NCBI GenBank assembly: GCA_963768835.1
Contig: CAVYJB010000002.1
Span: 459,082-523,081, forward strand
Source: an uncultured bacterium
Lineage (GTDB): Bacteria > Patescibacteriota > Minisyncoccia > UBA6257 > GWB1-50-10
Length of the DNA stretch: 64,000 bases
Direction of reading: 5' to 3'
Position numbers and translations under genes: made by a program. The notes below the pieces were generated by a model. It did not search any database. It had not been told where the DNA came from and saw nothing but the letters and a program-made list of their open reading frames with translations. Below are positions 46,026 through 53,990 of the stretch, piece after piece. Within the stretch, counting starts at the first letter, position 1, and every line of letters begins with the position of its first letter.

Positions 46026-48137
46026 ATGGTGGGTTCCTTGCACTGTAGGGGGTGGATGCCCCGCACCGCAGCGCTGGCGGTTGTCTTTGCGCTCGCCGGA
46101 TTCACGATGGCGCCTTGCGCGTCCGCACAAAGCGACGTCAGCCCGGCATCGCTCTATGTGAGCCCTTCCACAGGAACCTTCACAGTGGGGAGCACTTTCA
46201 CGGTCTCCTTCTATCTGAACACCGGCGGTCAATCGGTGAACGCGCTTCAGGCAAACGTAATTTTCCCGCCGGACATGCTGCAGGTGGTCTCGCCCACCAC
46301 CGGGACCTCTTTCGTTCAATTCTGGACCTCGCAGCCGAGCTATTCGAACGGGGACGGGACCCTTTCGTTTCAAGGAGCGGTCGCCGCGCCGGGCATTAAT
46401 ACCTCGGCAGGCCTCATTGCCACCGTCACCTTCCGGGTCACGGCTCTGGGGACCGCGGTCATTAAATTTGCAGATAATTCCCGCGTCCTTTTGAACGACG
46501 GCCAGGGAACGAACGTTCTGGGCCAGACGAGCGGGGCTATCTATTCGCTTGCACTGCCGCCGCCTGCCGGTCCGATCGTGACCTCGCCCACAGATCCTGA
46601 CCAACAAAAATGGTACTCGAATTCCGATGTGTCCTTCGAGTGGCAACCGCAGGATGCTGCAGTCACGGGCTACAGCTATATCCTGAGCCATAACCCCTCC
46701 GACATTCCCGACGATATCGCGGAAGGGGACCAGACTTCCGTGTCCTATCCTAATCTCCCCGATGGCATCTATTATTTTCATATCAAGGCGCTCCGGAACG
46801 GAAGCTGGGGAGGCGTCACTTCTTATTCGGTGAAAATCGATGCCACGCCGCCCGCGACGTTTCCCATTGAGGTCTCGCCGGGTACGCGGACGACCCTCAG
46901 GAGTCCTATCATCTCGTTCATCACCACGGACAATCTCTCGGGCATCGACCACTATGAAGTGAAGGTGCTTCCGCTCACGCCCCTCCCGCCGTCCACGGGG
47001 AGCAACGCACCTTCGAGTGCCATCCAGCCTTTCTTCATCGAGGCCACAAGCCCCTATGTGCCGCAGCTCGATCTCGGGTCTTACGACATTATCGTTCGTG
47101 CTGTGGACCGCGCGGGGAATGAAACAGATTCGAAGACCCACATTGATGTGGTGACGCCGCTCTTCGAGGTGGTGAGCGGCGAGGGGCTTCGGGTGAACAA
47201 CACCTTCACCATTCCTTGGCTCGGTCTCTGGGCTACTCTCGCGGCTTTGGTGCCCCTTCTTTCTTATTTCGCATGGAAAGTGCGTCGTTCCCATCGCTTG
47301 ATACAGCTTAAGCTTGCGGAAGGCGCCCTCTCCGATCCGGTGATACGAAAACGTCTCGAGGAATTAAAAGCGAAGCGGCAGGAATATGCCAAGAAGGCGC
47401 TTCTCATATTTTTTGCCTTAGCATTCAGTCTCACGCTCGGGATTGGCTCGGTCCGCGCGGCCGCGACCTCCTCCATTTCTACCATTTCGCCGCCTCTCGT
47501 CACGCTCTATGGAAACAATATTTCAGACGCGGAGCTTCTCTACATCGGTGGGAAGTCCGAAGAGCTCGGTGCCACGGTCGAAGTCTATCTCCAGAACACC
47601 CACACGGGCGAGACGCTCTCTGAGGAGGCGGTGGTGGATCCCCAAGGCGAATGGTTCTACTCGTACCCCAAATTCCTCCAGGCAGGGAAGTATCTCCTTT
47701 GGACCCAGGTCAAGGCAGGCGACCAATTCTCGCCGCCGAGCCCGCAGCTCGAGGTGAACGTCGAGCCCACCGCGTTCCAGTTCGGCGCTTCCCGTGTGAG
47801 TTATGAACTTATTTATCTTGCGATCTCCGTCCTCCTCGCGCTTGTGATCCTCGGGTTCGTCAGTTTCATTCTCTACCACTTCGCTCAAGGGCGGCGGAAG
47901 CGCGCGCTCCTCGAGCGGGAGCTCCAGGAGGCGGAGGAGTCTATCCGGCGGGGGTTCGCCGTGCTCCGGCGCGACATTGAAGCGGAACTCGAGGTTATCC
48001 ACCGCGCAAAACTGCAGGGGGAACTTGCTATCGACGAGCGGGTACGTGAAGAAAAGCTTATCCGTGACCTCGACCTCGTACGGCGCTACATCGGGAAGGA
48101 GGTTTGGGATCTTGAGCGGTTCCGGCACATAGAGTAA
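46026..48137 (+). CDS. Cohesin + Ig-like domain membrane protein with C-terminal coiled coil
   Basis: SLYVSPSTGTFTVGSTFTVSFYLNTGGQSVNALQANVIFPPDMLQVVS...VLLNDGQGTNVL (cohesin); SPTDPDQQKWYS Ig-like; three further hydrophobic segments. Confidence 0.8.
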   Translation: MVGSLHCRGWMPRTAALAVVFALAGFTMAPCASAQSDVSPASLYVSPSTGTFTVGSTFTVSFYLNTGGQSVNALQANVIFPPDMLQVVSPTTGTSFVQFWTSQPSYSNGDGTLSFQGAVAAPGINTSAGLIATVTFRVTALGTAVIKFADNSRVLLNDGQGTNVLGQTSGAIYSLALPPPAGPIVTSPTDPDQQKWYSNSDVSFEWQPQDAAVTGYSYILSHNPSDIPDDIAEGDQTSVSYPNLPDGIYYFHIKALRNGSWGGVTSYSVKIDATPPATFPIEVSPGTRTTLRSPIISFITTDNLSGIDHYEVKVLPLTPLPPSTGSNAPSSAIQPFFIEATSPYVPQLDLGSYDIIVRAVDRAGNETDSKTHIDVVTPLFEVVSGEGLRVNNTFTIPWLGLWATLAALVPLLSYFAWKVRRSHRLIQLKLAEGALSDPVIRKRLEELKAKRQEYAKKALLIFFALAFSLTLGIGSVRAAATSSISTISPPLVTLYGNNISDAELLYIGGKSEELGATVEVYLQNTHTGETLSEEAVVDPQGEWFYSYPKFLQAGKYLLWTQVKAGDQFSPPSPQLEVNVEPTAFQFGASRVSYELIYLAISVLLALVILGFVSFILYHFAQGRRKRALLERELQEAEESIRRGFAVLRRDIEAELEVIHRAKLQGELAIDERVREEKLIRDLDLVRRYIGKEVWDLERFRHIE

Positions 48138-48156
48138 AGGTTTCGGAGCTTGGGAA

Positions 48157-48201
48157 TTATCCACCGTCGGGGGTCCTTTGGGTACCCGATTGTGGTATAC
48201 T
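48157..48201 (+). promoter_or_regulatory. DnaA-box-like 9-mer plus extended -10 upstream of the second subunit gene
   Basis: TTATCCACC 48157-48165; TGG-TATACT 48193-48201. Confidence 0.5.
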
Positions 48202-48225
48202 CTAGGTATAAATTCTCTTTCTGGT

Positions 48226-48896
48226 ATGCATAAGAGATTCGAGATTGGAACGGTTGTTATGGGATGTCTTCTCCTCGGAGGGATGAGCTTCCTTTTCTTC
48301 GGAGGTGGCTTTTTGGTATCTCTTTTTGCGCCAAACGTCCAAGCTGGTACTTCTACTTCTACCAATCAGACGGTGAGCGTCACCGTGAACCAGACTATTA
48401 CGCTCACGCTTGCTTCCACGACGCTTACGCTCCCGACTCTCACGCCCGGTACTCCGGTCTCGGCGATGTCGTCAGCAACCGTCGTGACAAATGCCGACCA
48501 GGGCTTCCAACTTTCTTCAGCCGCGTGAACAACCCGACCTCGACCCTAATCTACGGCGCCACCTCCACCTTCCCGGATGCGGTCGCGTTCGACGGGACGA
48601 CCAATACGACGACCGACACGACCGCAATCGGCGCGAACCTTCATTTCCGCGTGGCGTCCTCGGGGACACCAGGCGGCCTTTACAGCTCGAGTCTCTGGGG
48701 ACCGAACGACTCGGACGGGATTGGGGAACGCGGAGTACTCGGGTTTTCCGACTACAAGCAAAGTCGTCGCCTCGACGAGCACCTACGCTGGTGTCTCGGA
48801 GACCATCACGTACAAGGGCGTGCGAACGCGCCAGGCACGCAGCGGTCCGGTAACTATACCGGCCAGATTACGATTACCGCGACGGCGCTACCGTAG
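48226..48896 (+). pseudogene. Second WxL/pilin-like subunit paralogue, frameshifted (sequencing error or real pseudogene)
   Basis: Pieces over several frames (NVQA|GTSTSTNQTVSVTVNQTITL; RVNNPTSTLIYGATSTFPD; AEYSGFPTTSKVVASTSTY; QRSGNYTGQITITATALP) match 42799..43497; indels near 48513, 48728, 48817. Confidence 0.8.
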
Positions 48897-48941
48897 TCGA
48901 TCTACGGCGGAGACATAAACGGTTTGCCTTCCGAATCTTTT

Positions 48942-48975
48942 CTCCCGCACCATAAAGCATAGTGCGGGAGTTTTA
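48942..48975 (+). terminator. Intrinsic terminator closing the surface locus
   Basis: ctcccgcac / gtgcgggag followed by tttta. Confidence 0.7.
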
Positions 48976-49013
48976 TTTGAAGTCCGTCGGTTTCATGGTA
49001 CGATAGGAATACT

Positions 49014-50414
49014 ATGGTTCGCATGCTTGCGAAGGATATCGGTGGGCATGAAGGGAAAGAAGTAGAACTCCTGGGGTGGGTGGACACCCGCCGTGACCAC
49101 GGGAAGCTCATCTTCATCGATCTTCGGGATCGATCGGGGATTTCCCAGCTTGTGTTCAAGCCGACGGAGAAGGCAACGCATGTGGCCGCGGAGCAACTCC
49201 GATCCGAGTGGGTTATCCGGGTGAAGGGAATGGTAGGGAAGCGTCCGTCGGGGATGGAGAACCCCAAGATCCCGAACGGGGCATTCGAGATTCCCGTCAC
49301 CGAGCTCGAGGTTCTCAACGAAGCGAAGACGCCGCCGTTCGATCTCGCGGGTTCGGGGCTCGAGGTGAGCGAGGATGTACGGATGCAGTATCGGTACCTC
49401 GACCTCCGCCGCGCGCGCCTCCAAAAAAACCTTCGGCATCGGGCGAAGGTGTTTCAGCACATCCGGGATTTCTTGACGGCGCGCGAGTTTGTCGACGTGG
49501 AAACCCCCATCCTCACGAAATCAACGCCTGAAGGCGCGCGGGACTATCTCGTGCCTTCCCGGCTTCACCCCGGCACCTTCTACGCGCTCCCACAGGCTCC
49601 CCAGCAATACAAGCAGCTCTGTATGGTGGCGGGTCTTGAGCGGTATTTCCAGATTCCGCGCTGTTTCCGCGACGAGGACACCCGCGGTGACCGTCAGCCG
49701 GAGTTCACCCAGCTGGATCTTGAGATGAGCTTCGTGGAGCGTGAGGATGTGATGGCCCTGAATGAGGAGCTCCTAGTCTCTATTGTGAAAACGCTCTATC
49801 CGGAGAAGAAAATTCAAGATATCCCGTTCCCGCGCCTCACGTATGCGGAAGCCATGAAGAAGTACAAGACGGACCGGCCGGACCTTCGAAAGGATACGAA
49901 CGACCCGAATCTACTCGCTTTTTGCTGGGTCATCGATTTTCCCTTTTTCGAGAAGACGGACAAGGGCGGGTGGACCTTCACGCATAACCCGTTCTCCGCT
50001 CCGAAGCCGGAATTCATGGACGATCTTCTCGCGAAGCGGAATATTCCGGACATCCTGACGAGCCAGTATGATGTGGCGCTGAATGGCTGGGAGATCGGTG
50101 GAGGAAGTATCCGGAACCACAAATCCGAAGCTTTGAAAGCGGCACTCTCTATCATGGGATACTCGGACGAGCGCATTAATGCAAATTTTGGTCACATGCT
50201 TGAAGCTTTTGATTTTGGAGCGCCGCCGCATGGCGGAATCGCTTGGGGGCTCGACCGGCTCGTGATGATTCTGGAGAACGAATCAAACATCCGGGAGGTC
50301 ATCGCGTTCCCGAAGACCGGTGACGGGCGCGACTTCATGATGCATGCGCCCTCAGCGGTATCGCCGGAGCAGCTTCACGAGTTGCACATCAGTATTGAAA
50401 AGAAAGAGGATTAG
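49014..50414 (+). CDS. aspS: Aspartate--tRNA ligase (short form, no GAD insertion)
   Basis: RDHGKLIFIDLRD, YRYLDLRR, STPEGARDYLVPSR, CFRDED.R.DRQPEFTQLD, GAPPHGGIAWGLDR; 466 aa. Confidence 0.96.
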   Translation: MVRMLAKDIGGHEGKEVELLGWVDTRRDHGKLIFIDLRDRSGISQLVFKPTEKATHVAAEQLRSEWVIRVKGMVGKRPSGMENPKIPNGAFEIPVTELEVLNEAKTPPFDLAGSGLEVSEDVRMQYRYLDLRRARLQKNLRHRAKVFQHIRDFLTAREFVDVETPILTKSTPEGARDYLVPSRLHPGTFYALPQAPQQYKQLCMVAGLERYFQIPRCFRDEDTRGDRQPEFTQLDLEMSFVEREDVMALNEELLVSIVKTLYPEKKIQDIPFPRLTYAEAMKKYKTDRPDLRKDTNDPNLLAFCWVIDFPFFEKTDKGGWTFTHNPFSAPKPEFMDDLLAKRNIPDILTSQYDVALNGWEIGGGSIRNHKSEALKAALSIMGYSDERINANFGHMLEAFDFGAPPHGGIAWGLDRLVMILENESNIREVIAFPKTGDGRDFMMHAPSAVSPEQLHELHISIEKKED

Positions 50415-50418
50415 AATC

Positions 50419-51024
50419 ATGTCACACCAAAAAGCAGAACGAACCTTGGTTGTTGTAAAACCCGATGGGGTCCAACGAGGACTCATCGGTGAGGTTATCC
50501 AACGATATGAACGAACCGGTCTGAAACTCGTCGGTGTCAAAATGGTTGTGCCGACCGAGGAGTTTGTGCGCAAGCACTATATGCTCGATCCTGAGTGGCC
50601 AATGAAGAACGGTTCCAAGAGTATTGAGGCCTACCGAAAACAAGGAAAGAAACCTCCCTCCGAGGACCCATTGGAGATGAACCGGATGACACTCGCGAAA
50701 CTCACGAAGTATATCGCGTCAGGGCCGGTCATCGCCATGGTGTGGGAAGGCATTCATGCGGTGGGTATCGTGCGAAAAATCACGGGCGGCACCGAGCCCC
50801 TCACAACGGATGTAGGAACAATCCGGGGCGATTTTACCATCGACTCGTACGAAATCTCGGACGTGGATGGCCGCGCGGTACGCAACCTCGTCCACGCCTC
50901 GGGGTCTCCCCAAGAAGCCGAAATGGAAATTCCGCTGTGGTTCAAGCCGGAGGAGCTCCATAGGTACCGCCTTATCAATGAAGAAATCCTCTACGACGTG
51001 AATCTCGACGGGATTCTGGAATAG
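50419..51024 (+). CDS. ndk: Nucleoside diphosphate kinase
   Basis: ERTLVVVKPDGVQRGLIGEVI, SGPVIAMVWEG, GTIRGDF, RNLVHAS. Confidence 0.95.
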   Translation: MSHQKAERTLVVVKPDGVQRGLIGEVIQRYERTGLKLVGVKMVVPTEEFVRKHYMLDPEWPMKNGSKSIEAYRKQGKKPPSEDPLEMNRMTLAKLTKYIASGPVIAMVWEGIHAVGIVRKITGGTEPLTTDVGTIRGDFTIDSYEISDVDGRAVRNLVHASGSPQEAEMEIPLWFKPEELHRYRLINEEILYDVNLDGILE

Positions 51025-51025
51025 T

Positions 51026-51523
51026 ATGGAACAAGGTAAGCCTGATCCGCGGCTCCATATCATTACCGTCACGGGCATCATCGAACGTGACAGGAAATAC
51101 TTGATTTTGAAGCGTTCTGAGCGCGAAATCGTTTACCCAGGGTGGTGGACGGTGCCGGGCGGGAAGTTCGTCCGGCATGAATACGAAGGACTTCCGAAGA
51201 CCGAAGGGTCCGATGGTTGGTATCGCGTCGTTCAGTTCGTCTTGGAAAAAGAGATTCGTGAGGAAGCGGGACTCGAAGTGAAGGATGTTTGCTATCTCAC
51301 TGATATGACCTTCATTCGTCCCGACAATATTCCGGTGTTGGTACTCTCATACTGGTGCCGATGGGTGCGCGGAGAGGTGAAACTCGGCAAGGATATGACG
51401 GGGTCGGCCTGGATAACACCGGAGGAAGGAAAAAAATATCAGATCATCCCGGGTATCTTGACGGAGATAACAGAAGTAGACCACCTCATCCTCAAAGAAT
51501 CGACAAGCGGCAAAGGAAGTTGA
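51026..51523 (+). CDS. NUDIX hydrolase
   Basis: YLILKRS...WTVPGG...KEIREEAGLEV (Nudix box with insertion). Confidence 0.88.
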   Translation: MEQGKPDPRLHIITVTGIIERDRKYLILKRSEREIVYPGWWTVPGGKFVRHEYEGLPKTEGSDGWYRVVQFVLEKEIREEAGLEVKDVCYLTDMTFIRPDNIPVLVLSYWCRWVRGEVKLGKDMTGSAWITPEEGKKYQIIPGILTEITEVDHLILKESTSGKGS

Positions 51524-51570
51524 CGCAGAGCAAGGGTTGTGACGTGCTTGCTTCGCATTGAAAAAACATT

Positions 51571-51600
51571 GCCGGCGATAAGTTTTTCGCCGGCGTTTTT
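51571..51600 (+). terminator. Intrinsic terminator after aspS-ndk-NUDIX
   Basis: gccggcga / tcgccggc followed by gttttt. Confidence 0.7.
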
Positions 51601-51653
51601 ATCCACAGACGCGGATTGCGTAGGGCTTGAGGCGTACGGCCCCGGGGTATAAT
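51599..51653 (+). promoter_or_regulatory. Perfect DnaA box and TATAAT -10 upstream of the ncRNA candidate
   Basis: TTATCCACA 51599-51607; TATAAT 51648-51653. Confidence 0.6.
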
Positions 51654-51658
51654 GGGGA

Positions 51659-51806
51659 TAGATCCTGCCCTTTGATTCCGGATCATGTAATCACAAAATG
51701 AGATTGCAGTATTCGCCGATTCGATTGAGGAATTAATCTTCTTCGTAAGGATCGGAACGAGCAAACTCACGTGGCATTTAGCCGGGAACCTCAAGGGCAG
51801 GATCGA
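51659..51806 (+). ncRNA. Rod-shaped non-coding RNA, 6S RNA-like candidate
   Basis: Perfect 12-bp closing stem GATCCTGCCCTT/AAGGGCAGGATC, nested inner helices, own -10 and terminator, no credible ORF. Confidence 0.65.
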
Positions 51807-51818
51807 TCGTAATCAGTG

Positions 51819-51850
51819 CCCCGCTTGTCCAATCAACACGCGGGGTTTTG
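51819..51850 (+). terminator. Intrinsic terminator of the ncRNA candidate
   Basis: ccccgc / gcgggg followed by tttt. Confidence 0.6.
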
Positions 51851-51927
51851 GTTTCTCGGTGGGGGACCACGCTAGTGGTATAATGGTGGGCAGTTCTGCA
51901 GTTCACATAGGACAAGGAGCTGTGGCG

Positions 51928-52527
51928 ATGACACCAATGAGCCGGGTAGTTATCAAGGAACTCCTGCAATTCATTCGAGTCGCGTGTTTGCAGGAGGAGA
52001 TTTCATTTGGGAGCGTCGAATTTAAGAAACAGGTCCAGGGCGCGAAAGCGGCGGTTGATTGGAAGCCAGAAGAGGACGGAGAGGTGACGCGCATCGTGCG
52101 GACGATCCGGTCATCTGAAGGACCTGTTCTCCCGGCAGAAGAAGCCCTCCGTGTCGCGGAGGTCCCACCGGAGCCACTCGAGGTATGGGAGCGGCAAGCG
52201 ATTGTGGAGTTTCTGACGTTCATTGAGGTCACCAAGAGACTTCCAGATCAGTTCTGGGTCGCGCGATATAAGAGCACGGCGTTCCGCGAAAAAATGGGAG
52301 CGGTCGAATGCGCACTTCGCTGGACACCCGAGGAGCAGAAAGAGGTCGAGGAGCTTACCAAGGTTTTCCCCAAAGGCTTCGGTGCTACCAAGGAGAGAGC
52401 GACCAAGAACTTTAACGCGTGGCTCAAAATCGCAACGAGCATTGCGCTTGTCACCACAGTAGGTGCGACAATCGGCTTCGTGCACCACAGGCGGAGAAAA
52501 AAACAAAAGAAAAGCGCCAAGGAATAA
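51928..52527 (+). CDS. Hypothetical protein with internal helical repeat and C-terminal TM/basic tail
   Basis: TGG-TATAAT 51876-51884 and AGGAG SD; repeat IKELLQFIRV...SVEFKKQVQGAKAAVDWKPEE / IVEFLTFIEV...STAFREKMGAVECALRWTPEE. Confidence 0.65.
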   Translation: MTPMSRVVIKELLQFIRVACLQEEISFGSVEFKKQVQGAKAAVDWKPEEDGEVTRIVRTIRSSEGPVLPAEEALRVAEVPPEPLEVWERQAIVEFLTFIEVTKRLPDQFWVARYKSTAFREKMGAVECALRWTPEEQKEVEELTKVFPKGFGATKERATKNFNAWLKIATSIALVTTVGATIGFVHHRRRKKQKKSAKE

Positions 52528-52542
52528 TTCCGAGGCGCTTTC
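52510..52542. terminator. Bidirectional terminator between the CDS and the convergent tRNA
   Basis: aaagcgcc / ggcgcttt inverted repeat. Confidence 0.55.
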
Positions 52543-52550
52543 CTTATTTG

Positions 52551-52621
52551 TCGGGCCGCCGGGAATCGAACCCGGTCTACATGCACCCCATGCATGCGTA
52601 CTACCGGTATACGACGGCCCG
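52551..52621 (-). tRNA. tRNA-Pro(GGG), CCA not encoded
   Basis: Acceptor CGGGCCG/CGGCCCG with A73; anticodon arm CATGC-ATGGGGT-GCATG; T arm CCGGG-TTCGATT-CCCGG. Confidence 0.92.
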
Positions 52622-52778
52622 CGTCTTTCTTTTAGCCATTGAAGTATGGCATTTCATTCCAGGCCCGGCAAGGCTTTATAGAAGATGGACAGTAAGGGAG
52701 TTCTGTGGTACGATAGAAACAGTTCGTTCTAACATCAGAAACCACAATTAATTATTCCATTTGGAAGGAAGGAATAAT

Positions 52779-52991
52779 ATGGAGCAGACAGAAAGTGGTG
52801 GCGGGCAGCGGCAATCACCGGCGCCCATGCACGCATTTTATTTCCCTGGGCCAACCCAGCCCGTTCGGTGGGCGCGTGATCAGTCTGAGGTATCTCGATT
52901 GAGGGCTGAGCTTGAAGCTGCGGTCGCTGATAGGCTGAGAGAGTACAAAGAAGCTCAGGGGCCACAGGAACCTCCTCTGATTGGTTGCTAG
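52779..52991 (+). CDS. Small hypothetical protein (70 aa)
   Basis: AAGGA SD; terminator hairpin downstream. Confidence 0.45.
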   Translation: MEQTESGGGQRQSPAPMHAFYFPGPTQPVRWARDQSEVSRLRAELEAAVADRLREYKEAQGPQEPPLIGC

Positions 52992-53017
52992 CAATTCCCT
53001 CCGTTCTTTCTCCAAAC

Positions 53018-53045
53018 AAAAGACCCCATCTTCTGGGGTCTTTTC
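53018..53045. terminator. Bidirectional terminator
   Basis: aaaagacccca / tggggtctttt. Confidence 0.75.
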
Positions 53046-53066
53046 CTTTTCGTGCTGATTTGCTAC

Positions 53067-53291
53067 CTACGCGTTTGCCGGTGCGGTTTTCTTGGTGCGA
53101 GTCCGTTTCCCACGGGTCAAAACTTTGAGACATTTCGTGCAGACAAACGAACGTCTTCGGGGGTTAAGGAGGCTCGTCCATTGCAGATTAGCTTTTTTCC
53201 GCCCAGAAGTAGTCGGGTTGTAGTGGGCGCGGAGCAACTTTCGCGTTCCGCCCATCTGATAGGATTTTCCGCATCTTTCACACGCGCGCAT
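53067..53291 (-). CDS. rpmB: 50S ribosomal protein L28 (CxxC...CxxC form)
   Basis: RACERCGK...RKKANLQ...VCTKCLK; upstream TTGACA-18 nt-TAAGCT. Confidence 0.85.
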   Translation of the reverse strand: MRACERCGKSYQMGGTRKLLRAHYNPTTSGRKKANLQWTSLLNPRRRSFVCTKCLKVLTRGKRTRTKKTAPANA

Positions 53292-53342
53292 AGTAGGTCC
53301 AGCTTACACGCTGGCGGTGTTTGTTGTCAACGGTATCGCCGG

Positions 53343-53990
53343 TTAGCCGATGACCGTCTCCTTGTAGGTTTGTTTCACGAAATCGATCTCGTAGAACTTG
53401 AAATCCTGCCCCGTCTGCACTTGCAGAATGATGGGATTGGGATTCCCGGGTACTAGGAACTGGACGTTCCCGCCGACCGAGCTGCCGGGCGCCATCGAGC
53501 TGAACTGGCCTGTGATGTTCGTCGCCATGAAGTTATCTCCGTTCAGGTTGACGATCTGGAAGGTGCTCGAAGCATCGAATGCGCTGTAGGAGGTCGCGTC
53601 GCTTGTATAGACTTTAAAATTCAACGTGATAGTTCCATCGGTCGCCTGCGAGACACTATCCACGGTGATGGTGAGCGGGGCCTGGGGCTGGAGGCTCGGG
53701 CTTGAGGAGGCGGCGAGTACGATGGCGGTTGGGATGGAGACCTCCTCAGAAGAATTGTTGCCCGTAGGCCCTTCGGTTGGCGCAGGCGTGGGGGAGGTCG
53801 TCGTGGGAGATGGCGTCGGGCTTGAAGGCGTGGTAGGCTCTGTCTTTTGTGCAAGTTGGGTTTGGAGTTCTAAGTTCTTCACGTCGGCATCAAGCCCCGA
53901 GATCCGATCGAACATAAAATAGAACCCCGCGAGTACGAGGAGCGCGAAGACGACCACTAAAATGTAGGGACCCCGATCAGTTCGTTCCAT
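53343..53990 (-). CDS. Membrane-anchored hypothetical protein with Pro/Thr linker and Ig-like domain
   Basis: N-terminal TM, PTPSPT linker, beta-rich C-terminal domain. Confidence 0.7.
   Translation of the reverse strand: MERTDRGPYILVVVFALLVLAGFYFMFDRISGLDADVKNLELQTQLAQKTEPTTPSSPTPSPTTTSPTPAPTEGPTGNNSSEEVSIPTAIVLAASSSPSLQPQAPLTITVDSVSQATDGTITLNFKVYTSDATSYSAFDASSTFQIVNLNGDNFMATNITGQFSSMAPGSSVGGNVQFLVPGNPNPIILQVQTGQDFKFYEIDFVKQTYKETVIG

Noticed and set aside
44606-48137. A true cellulosome
   Set aside because: No glycoside hydrolase or multi-cohesin scaffoldin in the window; the only dockerin carries no enzyme.
43051-48580. Diversity-generating retroelement TR/VR pair (also considered for the DUF2341 duplicates)
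   Set aside because: Differences between copies are not confined to adenines and there is no reverse transcriptase in the window.
51659-51806. SRP RNA, or a MITE with terminal inverted repeats
   Set aside because: No SRP helix-8 motif around the GGAA loop; pairing runs through the whole element with a dedicated promoter/terminator and no obvious target-site duplication, favouring an RNA gene (MITE not fully excluded).
52551-52621. Prophage/island integrated at tRNA-Pro
   Set aside because: No duplicated tRNA 3' end and no integrase or phage genes in the window.
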